From: an uncultured Candidatus Rokubacteria bacterium
Lineage (GTDB): Bacteria > Methylomirabilota > Methylomirabilia > Rokubacteriales > CSP1-6
DNA length: 64,000 nucleotides
Assembly (NCBI GenBank): GCA_963762145.1
Contig: CAVXJS010000007.1
Span: forward strand, 224,001-288,000
Direction: 5' to 3'
The position numbers and the translations under genes are program-made. Numbering within the stretch: position 1 is the first letter of the stretch; the number at the start of each line of letters is the position of its first letter. The notes under the pieces were generated by a model that saw nothing but the letters and a program-made list of their open reading frames with translations, was not told where the DNA came from and made no database searches. This document shows positions 26,902 through 36,908 of the stretch, piece by piece.

Positions 26902-28128
26902 CGACGAGCTTCGTCACCCACGTCGCGTGCACGGTCTGCGACCGGCGCCACGACTCCGCAGCGTCTGCTCACCGTCTGCGAGCAGTGCGGCCAGATGCTC
27001 GCGGTTCGCTACGATCTCCCGCGGGTCGCGGCCGCCCTCTCCCGGGACGACCTCGCGCGCCGTCCGCCCGGGATGTATCGCTTCCGCGAGCTGCTGCCGC
27101 TCGACGACGGCGAGGAGCCGATCACGCTCGGCGAGGGCGGCACGCCGCTGCTCGCGCTGCCCCGGCTGGCCGCGCATCTGGGCCTGCGGCATCTCTGGGC
27201 CAAGGACGAAGGGCAGAATCCGACCGGCACGTTCAAGGCGCGCGGGCTCGGGATGGCGATCACGCGCGCGCGCACGCTCGGCGTCACCGGCCTCATGATC
27301 CCCTCGGCGGGCAACGCGGGCGGCGCCGCCGCGGTCTACGGCGCCCGCGCCGGCCTCTCCGTCGCGGTGGTGGTGCCGCGCGACACGCCGGAGGCCGCGG
27401 TCGCGGAGGCGATGCTGGCCGGCGCCCACGTCTTCACGATCGACGGCACCATCGCCACCGCCGGCCGCGCCATCGCCGCGGTCGCGCCGCGGATCGGCTG
27501 GTTCGACATGGCCACGCTCAAGGAGCCGTACCGGCTCGAGGGCAAGAAGACGATGGGCCTCGAGCTCGCCGAGCAGCTGGGATGGGATGCGCCGGACTGG
27601 CTCGTGTATCCGACCGGCGGGGGCACCGGCCTCGTCGGCATCTGGAAAGCCTACGAAGAGCTCGCGGCCATGGGCTGGGTCACCGCCGCGCCGCCCCGGT
27701 TCGTCGCGGTACAGGCCGAGGGCTGCGCGCCGCTCGCGCGCGCCTGGGAAGACAAGGCCGAGACCACCACCCCGGTGGAGAACCCGTTCACGAACGCGCC
27801 GGGCCTGCGCGTGCCCGGCCCCTTCGCGGGCCGGCAGATGCTGCGCATCTTGCGCGAGACCGGCGGCTTTCCCGTGACGGTCGGCGAGCTGGCCATCGTG
27901 GAGGCCCAGCGGCTGATGGCGCGGGTCGAGGGCATCTGGACGTCCCCGGAGGGGGCCGCGACGCTGGCCGCGCTCATCCGCATGCAGGAGGAGCGTCAGG
28001 TCGACGCCGCCGCCCGGATCGTGCTCATCCTGACCGGGGCCGGGATCAAGAATCCGCCGCCGCCGCTGGCTCCGCCGGTTCACCTGGAGCGGCCCGAGGA
28101 CATGTCGCCCTGGCTTGACAGATCCTGA
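26901..28128 (+). CDS. thrC: threonine synthase-like PLP enzyme; N-terminal indel near 26955
   Basis: N-terminal CTVC...CEQC, LGEGGTPL, NPTGTFKARG, SAGNAG, EGKKTMGLE and PTGGGTG. Confidence 0.8.
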
Positions 28129-28143
28129 TCGTCTCTGTAGATT
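28115..28143 (+). promoter_or_regulatory. sigma70-type promoter of the sulfur locus
   Basis: TTGACA (28115-28120), 17-bp spacer, TG adjacent, TAGATT (28138-28143). Confidence 0.6.
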
Positions 28144-28196
28144 CTCGTCGATCCCGGTCGAGATTGAGAATTCGCGGAGTCACCAGCGGAGGCGGC

Positions 28197-29510
28197 ATGA
28201 CGATGAGCGCGGTCACGCGACGGGCATTCCTGCGGTCCTCCGGACTCGGGCTGGGCGGCCTCGGGCTGGGCGGCCTCGGTCTCGGCGTGCTGGCCGGTGG
28301 CGGCCTGGGCGGATGCGCCACCGCGATGAAGGGCGACTTCGCCCCGAAGAAGGGCCGGCGCGTCGTCGTGATCGGCGGCGGCTGGGGCGGGGCGACCGCG
28401 GCGAAGTACGTGCGGCTCGATCGACCCGAGCATCGAGGTCGTCCTGATCGAGCCCAACCGGGAGTTCATCTCCTGCCCGTTCAGCAACCTCGTGCTGGCG
28501 GCGTGCGCACGATCGGCAGCATCACGATGGGCTACGACGGCCTGCGCAAGCACGGCGTGCAGGATGATCCACGAGACGGCCAGCCGCCATCGAGCCCGAT
28601 CAGAAGCGCGTGCGGCGTCGGCGAGGGCTATCTGCGAGTACGACCGGCTCGTCGTCTCCCCGGGCATCGAGTTCCAGTGGGAGCAGGTCGAGGGGCTCGC
28701 CCAGAACCAGGACAAGGTGCTCCACGCCTGGAAGGCGGGGCCGCAGACCGTGCAGCTCGCGCAGCAGCTGGCCAGCGATGCCCGACGGCGGCGTCTTCGT
28801 GCTCACCATCCCGCCCGTGGCGTACCGGTGCCCGCCCGGCCCCTACGAGCGCATCTCCAGGTCGCCTGGTATCTCAAGACGAACAAGCCGCGAGTCCAAG
28901 CTGATCGTGCTCGACGCGAACCAGAACATCGTGTCCAAGGCCGCGCTGTTCCGCGAGGCCTGGAAGGCGTATCCGAACATCGACTACCGCGCGCTCGAAC
29001 AAGGTGATCGCCGTCGATCCCGGGACGCGCGGAGGTCCGCACCGAGTTCGACAAGGTCAAGTACGACGTGCTCAACCTGATCCCGCCCCAGCGCGCGGGC
29101 GCCATCGCGGTGCAGGCGGACCTGGTCGGCGTCGACAAGCGCTGGTGCGAGGTCGACCAGGTGACCTACGAGTCGGTGAAGCAGCAAGGGCGTCCACGTG
29201 GTCGGCGACTCGACCATCGGCCTGCCGGTGCCCAAGTCCGGCAACGTCGCCAACGCGATGGGCAAGATCATGCGCGATCGCGGTCGTCAGCCTGCTCAAC
29301 GGCCGGCCGATGCCGCCGGTGGCGCCCGGCAACACCTGCTACAGCTGGGTGAGCGACCGCGAGGCCATCGCGGTGGTGAACGCGTACAAGATCGAGAACG
29401 GCAAGGTCGTGCAGATCGAGCAGAAGCTGACGCCGGTCGCAGAGCGCGCTCGGTGGCCCAGCGCGCGCTCGGCTGGGCCGCAGAGCATCTGGGCGGACAT
29501 GCTGGCATGA
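28197..29510 (+). CDS. fccB: flavocytochrome c sulfide dehydrogenase flavoprotein (FccB/SoxF-like); multiple indels
   Basis: Tat signal TRRAFLR; VVVIGGGWGGATAAKY, SCPFSN, YRCPPGPYER, LIPPQRAG, PKSG and NTCYS fragments across frames. Confidence 0.85.
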
Positions 29511-30140
29511 GCGCGATGCGGCACGACAGGAGCGCGATCGATCTGCGTAGCCTCGCGTGCTCGGCGCGTGACCGGGCGGTCGCCGCGCATCGCCGCCGGC
29601 TCCGGCCCGCTGGACGAGCGCGGCGCGTCCAAGTCGCTGACGTGCTCGGCGTGCCACGGCGCGGCGGGCAACAGCCGCTCCAGCGCCATGCCGATCATCG
29701 CCGGCCTGGACGCGGCGTACTTCAAGAAGCAGATCGACGGACTACGCGACCGGCAAGCGCCCCTCGCCCGAGATGGAGCCCTACGCCAAGCAGGTCTGCG
29801 AGCTCGGCGTGGACGACGTCGCGGCGTACTTCGCCGCCCAGCCGACGCGAGCCGACGCCGGTCGCAGCGACCGCGCGACGCGGTGGCGCGCGGGCGCGCG
29901 GCCTGCGGCCCAGTGCGCGGCCTGCCACGGCGCCGCAGGGCAAGGGCAATGCGGCCAAGCTCATCCCGAGCCTGGCCGGCCAGGCGCCGGGATATCCTGC
30001 GCGAGCAGATGGTGCTGTTCAAGCAGGACCGGCGCAATCCCGGGCGACGCCGACGCTCGACCGCGCTCAAGGCGCTGATGAAGACCATCCCCGACGCGAC
30101 GTTCGCCGACCTGGCCGCGTACTACTCGAGCCTGCGATAA
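29507..30140 (+). CDS. dihaem cytochrome c4/c553 (FccA-like); multiple indels
   Basis: Two CxxCH motifs (CSACH, CAACH) and PIIAGL / PSLAGQ repeats; ATGA-coupled to the flavoprotein gene. Confidence 0.8.
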
Positions 30141-30268
30141 AAATCGGAGGGGGCCTCGAGGCCGCCGCCGGCTCCGCAGGACGGGCGCGGCAAAGCCGGC
30201 GCTCGAACGGCGGACTCGCGCTATCATGGGCCCTTCATGAGCCACCTTGCGCTGGGGCAGGCGTCGGC

Positions 30269-31048
30269 GTGACGCCGACGCTGGAGATCGCGCTCTTCGT
30301 TCTCGGCTTCGTCGGCGCCTTCGTCTCCGGCCTGGTCGGCGTCGGCGGGGCCATCGTGATGATCCCGCTGCTCTACTACGTGCCGCCGCTGCTGGGCGTG
30401 GGCAGCCTGACGATCAAGGCGGTGGCCGGCCTCACCATGACCCAGGTGCTCGCGGCCGCGGCGGTGGGCGCGTGGAGGCACGGGCGGCGCGCGCTCGTTC
30501 ATCGCGGGCTGGCGCTGACCGGCGGCGCCGCGATGGCGGCGGGATCGCTCGCGGGCGCGGTCCTCGCGCTCCACGTGTCCGGGCGCGCGCTCCTCGTCGT
30601 CTTCGCGCTCATGACCACGATCGGCGCTGCCGCTCATGCTCGTGCCACCCGCCCGCGCCGCCGGCGGGGACGAGGGTCGACGACCGTTCGACCGCGCGCG
30701 CGCGATCGCATCTCCGGCGGCCATCGGCTTCATGGCCGGGCTGGTCGGGCGCGGGCGGGGCGTTCCTCGCGGTGCCGGTGCTGATGGCGTGATCTGCGTC
30801 CCGATGCGGCTGGCCATCGGGACGTCGCTGGCCATGGTGAGCGTCGTCCGCCGTGACTGGGCTTCTTGGGCAAGGTGCTCACGGGCCAGGTGCCGTTCGG
30901 GCCGGCGCTGCGCGGTGGTGCTGGGCTCGCTCGCCGGCGCGCCGGTCGGCGGCCGGCTCAGCCGGCGCGTGCCGGTGCCGGTGCTGCGCGGCGTGCTCGC
31001 GGGCTCGATCGCGCTGGTCCATGCTCGCGCGTCTGGTACGACGCCTGA
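30269..31048 (+). CDS. TauE/SafE family sulfite exporter; multiple indels
   Basis: GAFVSGLVGVGGAIVMIP and a second repeat GFMAGLVGAGGAFLAVP; PMRLAIGTSLA. Confidence 0.8.
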
Positions 31049-31075
31049 TGCTGATCGCCGAGAGGGGACACGCGC

Positions 31076-32648
31076 GTGCGCTACGGCTTCGTGATCGACC
31101 AGCGGAAGTGCATCGGCTGCCACGCCTGCACGGTGGCCTGCAAGGAGGAGAACCAGGTCCCGCTGGGCGTCAACCGCACGTGGGTCAAGTACATCGAGAA
31201 GGGCACGTTCCCGGACACGCGGCGCTACTTCACGGTGATGCGCTGCAACCACTGCGACAACGCGCCCGTGCGTGACGATCTGCCCCACGGTGGCGCTCTA
31301 CCGCCGGGCCGACGGCATCGTGGACTTCGACGGCGACGCGCTGCATCGGCTGCAAGTCGTGCATGCAGGCGTGCCCGTACGACGCGCTCTACATCGATCC
31401 GGAGACGCACACCGCGGCCAAGTGCCACTACTGCGCCCACCGCGTGGAGGTCGGGCTCGAGCCGGCGTGCGTGGTCGTCTGCCCGGTGCAGGCGATCATG
31501 CCCGGCGACCTCGACGATCCCGGCGAGCACGATCGCGCGGCTCGTCGCCTCGCAGCAGGTCCAGGTGCGCAAGCCCGAGCAGGGGACGCGGCCGAAGCTC
31601 TTCTACCTCGGCGCGGAGGCGGCGGCGCTCACGCCGGGGATGCAGGAGCGGCGCGGCGGCTACGTGTTCGCGCAGGGCGGGAGCATCCCGAGCCCGGGCC
31701 GGCGCAACCTCGCCGCTGACGCAGCCGCTCGGCCGCCGATCACCGCCGCGACCGACGGATGGATCTGCTGCGCCTCGCGCGCACCGTCTACGACGTCGCG
31801 CATCCCGAGCGGCCCTGGGGCTGGAAGGTCGCCGCGTACCTCTGGACCAAGTCGATCGCGGCGGGCGCCTTCCTGGTCGCCGCGCTCGGCGCATCGCGGG
31901 CCGGCTTCCTGCACCGCGGACGCCCTGACCGGGCTGGCGGTGCCCGCGATCGGCCTGGCGTTCCTCGCTGCTGACGTGTCTCCTGCTCGTGTTCGACCTC
32001 AAGCGGCCGGAGCGATTCCTCTATCTGGTCTTCAAGCCCAACCCGCGCTCGTGGCTCGTGCTGCGGCGGCTTCGATGCTCTTCGCGGCGGGAGTCGCTGG
32101 GCGCTGTGGCTCGCTGGCCGGCCTCATCGGCAGCCTCGTGGCGCTGCACCTGCTGGCCTGGCCGATGGCGGTGGTCGGCGGCGGCGACCGCGGGCTACAG
32201 CGCGTTCCTCTTCGGCCAGGCCGAGGGGCGCGACTTCTGGCAGAGCCCGCTGCTGCTGCCGCACCTGCTGGTGGCCGCGCTCGTCGGCGGCTCGGCCAGC
32301 CTGCTGCTCGCCGCGCGCGCGCTCGGCAGCGCGTCGTTCATCGTGGGCGGCCTGGGGCTCGTGCTCTGGGCCTCGCTGCTGGTGAGCGCGCTGGTGCTGG
32401 GAGCCGAGCTCTTCGGCGCGCACGGCACGGAGGAGGCGCGGCGGGCGGCGCGGCTCCTGACCCACGGGCCCCTGCGCCTGCCGCTCTGGGGCGGCGTGGC
32501 GGCCGCGGGCATCGCGCTGCCGCTGGTGCTGCTGCTGAGCGCGTCGGTGCCGTTCGGCTCCGAGCTGGCCGCCGGCCTGGCGCTGGCCGGCCTCTGGCTC
32601 TGGGAGGAGCTCTGGATCCGCGCCGGCCAGATGCTCCCGCTCAGCTAG
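31076..32648 (+). CDS. 4x[4Fe-4S] electron-transfer subunit fused to an NrfD/PsrC-type membrane anchor; multiple indels
   Basis: CIGCHACTVACK, CNHCDNAPC, CIGCKSCMQACPY and CHYCAHR; then PWGWKVAAYLWTKSIAAG, DLKRPERF and C-terminal WIRAGQMLPLS. Confidence 0.8.
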
Positions 32649-32651
32649 GCC

Positions 32652-32732
32652 GGGTCAGGTCTTGCATTACGACATTTGCCGCGCGCGAGTGCACACTCGA
32701 GGGAGGAAATGTCGTAATGCAAGACCTGACCC
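32652..32732. repeat. MITE/REP-like element with perfect 26-bp inverted repeats
   Basis: gggtcaggtcttgcattacgacattt (32652-32677) is the exact reverse complement of aaatgtcgtaatgcaagacctgaccc (32707-32732); inner hairpin cgagtg-ca-cactcg. Confidence 0.92.
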
Positions 32733-35492
32733 CAAGTGAGCCGTTGCATCCGGTGGCGCAGCGACTCGCGGCGCCGGCGTCCGGGCTCGAGCGGTTTCCG
32801 CCGCCGGCGCGGTGGGACGACTGGGAGGAGTACGACGCGCAAGGCCTGGCCGGCGCAAGGTCAAGCGGCAGTTCCAGCTGATCCCGACCATCTGCTTCAA
32901 CTGCGAGGCGGCCTGCGGGCTCCTCGCCTACGTGGATCCGCAGACGCTGCAGATCCAGAAGTTCGAGGGCAACCCGGTGCACCCGGGCAGCCGCGGGCGC
33001 AACTGCGCCAAGGGCCCGGCGACGCTCAACCAGATCACGGATCCCGAGCGCATCCTCTACCCGCTGCGGCGGGCCGGGAAGCGGGGCGAGGGCAAGTGGG
33101 AGCGGGTGACCTGGGACGAGGTCGCTCGACGACATCGGCGGGCGCATCCGGAAGGCCCTGGTCGAGGGCCGCCAGAAGGAGGTCATGTACCACCTCGGGC
33201 GCCCGGGCCACGAGCTGATCTACCTCCAGCGCGTCTTCCACGCCTGGGGGATCGACGGCCACAACAGCCACACCAACGTCTGCTCGGCCTCCGCGCGCGC
33301 GGGCTACGCGTTCTGGCACGGGCTCGACCGGCCCTCGCCCGACCACAGCAAGGCGCGCTTCATCCTGCTGCTCTCCTCGCACCTCGAGGCCGGCCACTAC
33401 TTCAACCCGCACGCCCAGCGCATCATGGACGGCAAGATGGCGGGGGCCAAGATCTGCGTGCTGGATACGCGGCTGAGCAACACCGCGTCGATGGCCGACT
33501 ACTGGCTGTCGCCCTGGCCGGGCACCGAGGCCGCGCTGCTCCTGGCCATCGCGCACTGCATGCTGCGCGACGGCACGTGGGACCGCGAGTTCGTCCGCCG
33601 CTGGGTGAACTGGGAGCAGTACCTGCGTGAAGAGCGGCCGGACCTGCCGGTCACGATCGGCGTCCTTCGAGGACGCGCTCAAGACGCTCTACGCCGAGTA
33701 CACCCCCGCGTTCGCGGAGAGCGAGTCGGGCGTGCCCGCCGCGCGCATCGAGGAGGTGGCGCGCGAGGTCGGCCGCGCGGCCAGCGCGCTCTCCACCCAC
33801 GTCTGGCGCAACGCCGCCGCGGGCAACCTGCACGGCTGGGAAGTCGCGCGGGCGCTCGAGCTGGTGGTGGTGCTGGCGGGCGCGGTGGCCACGCCGGGCG
33901 GCACCGCGCCCTCCGGCTGGAACAAGGCGGTGCCGACCCCGCCGATGATGCCGCCGCCGGGCAAGATCTGGAGCGAGCTCCTGATGCCGCGGGAGTACCC
34001 GCTCGCGTTCTTCGAGATGAGCTTTCTCCTGCCGCACTTCCTGAAGGAAGGCCGCGGCAAGCTCGCGATGTACTTCACCCGCGTCTACAACCCGGTGTGG
34101 ACCAACCCGGACGGCATGTCGTGGATCGAGATGCTGACCGACGAGGCCAAGGTCGAGCGTCACGCCTGCCTCACCCCGACGTGGAGCGAGACCGCATGGT
34201 TCGCCGACTACGTGCTGCCGATGGGGCACGCCTCCGAGCGGCACGATCTCATGAGCCAGGAGACGCACGCCGCGCGCTGGATCGGCTTCCGCCAGCCGGT
34301 GCTGCGGGTGGCGCTCGAGAAGCAGGGCAAGATCTTCGACCTCACCTGGCAGGCGCACGAGGCGGCCGGGCTCGGGCAGGTGTGGGAGGAGGACGAGTTC
34401 TGGATCGAGCTCTCGTGGCGCATCGATCCGGACGGCGCCCTCGGGATCCGCAAGTACTTCGAGTCGCCCTATCGCCCCGGCGAGAAGCTGCGCATCGAGG
34501 AGTTCTACCGCTGGATCTTCGAGCACAGCGTGCCGGGCCTGCCCGCGGCCGCCGAGCGCGAGGGCCTGACCCCGCTCGCGTACATGCGCAAGTTCGGCGC
34601 GTTCCTGGTGCAGGAGAACGTCTACCGCACCCACGAGACGTCGGTCCCCGCGGGGGGAGGGCGTCGAGGTGGACGGGCAGTGGATGGGCGGCTTCCCGAC
34701 CCCGTCGCGCAAGCTCGAGTTCTACTCGAGGACGCTCAAGGACTGGAAGTGGCCGGAGCACGCGGTGCCCACCTACGCGCGCAGCCACGTGCACTGGCGG
34801 GAGATCGAACCGGGCCGCGGGCGAGATGGCGCTCCTGCCCACCTTCCGGCTGCCGACCCTGATCCACTCGCGCTCCGGCAACGCCAAGTGGCTCTACGAG
34901 ATCTCCCACAACAACCCGCTCTGGCTGCATCCCGAGGACGCGGCGCGCTGGGACGTGAAGACCGGCGATCTGCTGAAGGTCACGACCGAGATCGGCCACT
35001 TCGTGGACCGGGTCTGGGTCACCGAGGCGATCCGGCCCGGCGTGCTCGCGTGCTCGCATCATCTGGGACGCTGGCGGCTCGCCGAGCAGACCGGCGGCGA
35101 GCGCTGGTCCACCGCGCTCGTGACGCTCGAGAACTCGCGGCCCGGGGAGTGGCGCCTGCGCCACGTGCACGGGGTGCGGCCCTTCGAGAGCGCGCGACCC
35201 CGATTCGCAGCGCGTGTGGTGGGAGGACGCGGGCGTGCACCAGAACCTGACCTTCCCGGTGCACCCGGACCCGGTGAGCGGCCAGCACTGCTGGCACCAG
35301 AAGGTGACCGTGAGCCGGCCCGGGCCGAACGACCGCTACGGCGACGTGGTCGTGGACACCAACAAGTCCTTCGAGGTCTATCGCAAGTGGCTCGCGATGG
35401 CCCGGCCCGCGCCCGGACCCGACGGGCTGCGCCGGCCGCTCTGGCTGCCGCGCGCGTTCAAGCCCGACGCGTCGGCCTACCGCATCGAGTGA
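32717..35492 (+). CDS. molybdopterin (Mo/W-bisPGD) oxidoreductase catalytic subunit without Tat signal; multiple indels
   Basis: CFNCEAACG...NCAKG [4Fe-4S] motif, ERILYPLRRAG, SHTNVCS, WSETAWFADYVLP and LWLHPEDA. Confidence 0.85.
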
Positions 35493-35497
35493 AGCCG

Positions 35498-35525
35498 TTG
35501 ACAAGGACGCGATCGAAGGCATCCT
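35498..35525 (+). promoter_or_regulatory. putative promoter for a leaderless soxY transcript
   Basis: TTGACA (35498-35503), 16-bp spacer, CATCCT (35520-35525), 7 nt, then the ATG at 35533. Confidence 0.45.
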
Positions 35526-35532
35526 GGAAGCC

Positions 35533-36018
35533 ATGACCGCCCGGATCACGCGCCGCGCATGGCTGGGTCTCGCCGCGCTCGCCGCCGCGGTGGCGGGGTG
35601 GCGCCCGCGACCCGCGCGGGCTCAGGGCAACCTCGCCAACCTGGCCCCGGAGGAGCCGATCGCCGAGACGATGAAGCGGCTCTTCGGCGGCCGCTCGATC
35701 AAGAATGGCGCCTCGCTCATCACCATCGACATGCCGCTCATCGCGGAGGACGGCGCCGCGGTGCCGATCGCGGTCGAGGTGAAGTCGCCGATGACCCCGG
35801 AGAATCACGTCAAGGCGCTGTACATCCTGGCCGAGAAGAACCCGCGGCCCCTCAACGTGAAGATCACCCTCACCCCCGCCGCGGGGCAGGCCTACGCGGC
35901 GACCAATCTGCGCCTGGCCGACAGCGGGCCGGTCCGCGTCGTCGCCGAGACCGGCGACGGGACGCTCTGGGCCGCCACCCGCGAGGTCCGCGTCACGGTG
36001 GCGGGCTGCGCGGCCTGA
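35533..36018 (+). CDS. soxY: SoxY-like sulfur carrier protein
   Basis: Tat signal (TRRAWL), PLIAEDGAAVPI, EKNPRP and C-terminal VRVTVAGCAA. Confidence 0.85.
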   Translation: MTARITRRAWLGLAALAAAVAGWRPRPARAQGNLANLAPEEPIAETMKRLFGGRSIKNGASLITIDMPLIAEDGAAVPIAVEVKSPMTPENHVKALYILAEKNPRPLNVKITLTPAAGQAYAATNLRLADSGPVRVVAETGDGTLWAATREVRVTVAGCAA

Positions 36019-36021
36019 GCC

Positions 36022-36351
36022 ATGGCGGACATCGGGACCGTCAAGCTGGCCGCGCCGGCCAGCGTCCGCCGCGGCAGCGTGGCGCGGGTGCGCGCCCTGG
36101 TCATCCACCCCCAGGAGCGCGTGGAGCGGCAGGGAGGCCGGTCGGTGGATCGCAACTACCGCTTCGTCAACCGCGTCGTGGTAACGTACCTCGGCCGCGA
36201 GGTCGCGGTGATCGAGCCGTCCACGGCGGTCAGCGAGAACCCGACGTTCACGATTCCATTCCGGGCGACCGAGACGGGACCGCTCAAGGTGACGTTCGTC
36301 GATTCGCACGGCGTGAAGTTCGAGGGCACCGCGGAGGTCAAGGTCACGTGA
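36022..36351 (+). CDS. soxZ: SoxZ-like protein
   Basis: VRALVIHPQE, AVSENPTF and LKVTFVDSHG; follows soxY. Confidence 0.85.
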   Translation: MADIGTVKLAAPASVRRGSVARVRALVIHPQERVERQGGRSVDRNYRFVNRVVVTYLGREVAVIEPSTAVSENPTFTIPFRATETGPLKVTFVDSHGVKFEGTAEVKVT

Positions 36352-36890
36352 GACTGGCACTGGGGTTGTTGCTGGCCGGAAGCCTCGCCTGGGCCGCGCC
36401 CGCCGCGGCCGACGACATCGAGCGGTACGCGCGCGAGCTCCAGCTCAACGCGCTACCCGGCGAGCGGGCCCCGGGGTTCTCGCTGCCGAAGGTCGACGGC
36501 GGCAAGACGTCGCTGGCCGAGCAGCAGGGCAAGGTCGTGCTCGTCTACTTCTGGGCCACCTGGTGCGGGTACTGCCGCAAGGAGCTGCCCGTCGCGATCG
36601 AGAAGGTCGTCCGCGAGCGGAAGGGACAGCCCTTCACGGTGCTCGCGGTGAGCATCGAGGAGCCGCGGGATCTGGTGGCCAGCTACGTGAAGGGCGCCGG
36701 CGTGACCTCGTCCGTGCTCCTCGACGGCGACGGGGCGGTCGCGCGGGAGTACCGGGTGCGGGCCACCCCGACCACCATCGTGATCGGCCGCGACGGGCGC
36801 CTGGTCGCCCGGGCCGCGGGCACGCGCGAGTGGGACGGGAAGGTGGGCCGCGCCTTCCTCGACGCCCTGGTGGCCGCGCCGGCGAAGTAG
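36348..36890 (+). CDS. TlpA/ResA-family periplasmic thioredoxin
   Basis: GTGA overlap; signal peptide; FWATWCGYCRKELP and YRVRATPTT. Confidence 0.88.
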   Translation: MRLALGLLLAGSLAWAAPAAADDIERYARELQLNALPGERAPGFSLPKVDGGKTSLAEQQGKVVLVYFWATWCGYCRKELPVAIEKVVRERKGQPFTVLAVSIEEPRDLVASYVKGAGVTSSVLLDGDGAVAREYRVRATPTTIVIGRDGRLVARAAGTREWDGKVGRAFLDALVAAPAK

Positions 36891-36908
36891 TCTCGGGGCC
36901 GCCGACCG

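Noticed and set aside
28244-28273. 15-bp tandem repeat (ctcgggctgggcggc x2) in the FccB signal peptide
   Set aside because: It is a simple in-frame Gly/Leu expansion in a hydrophobic leader, with no evidence of phase variation.
30141-30180. Partial hairpin tcggagggggcctcgaggcc after the cytochrome gene
   Set aside because: It is probably a degenerate repeat or terminator, but it lies in an error-rich stretch and its arms do not pair well enough to call.
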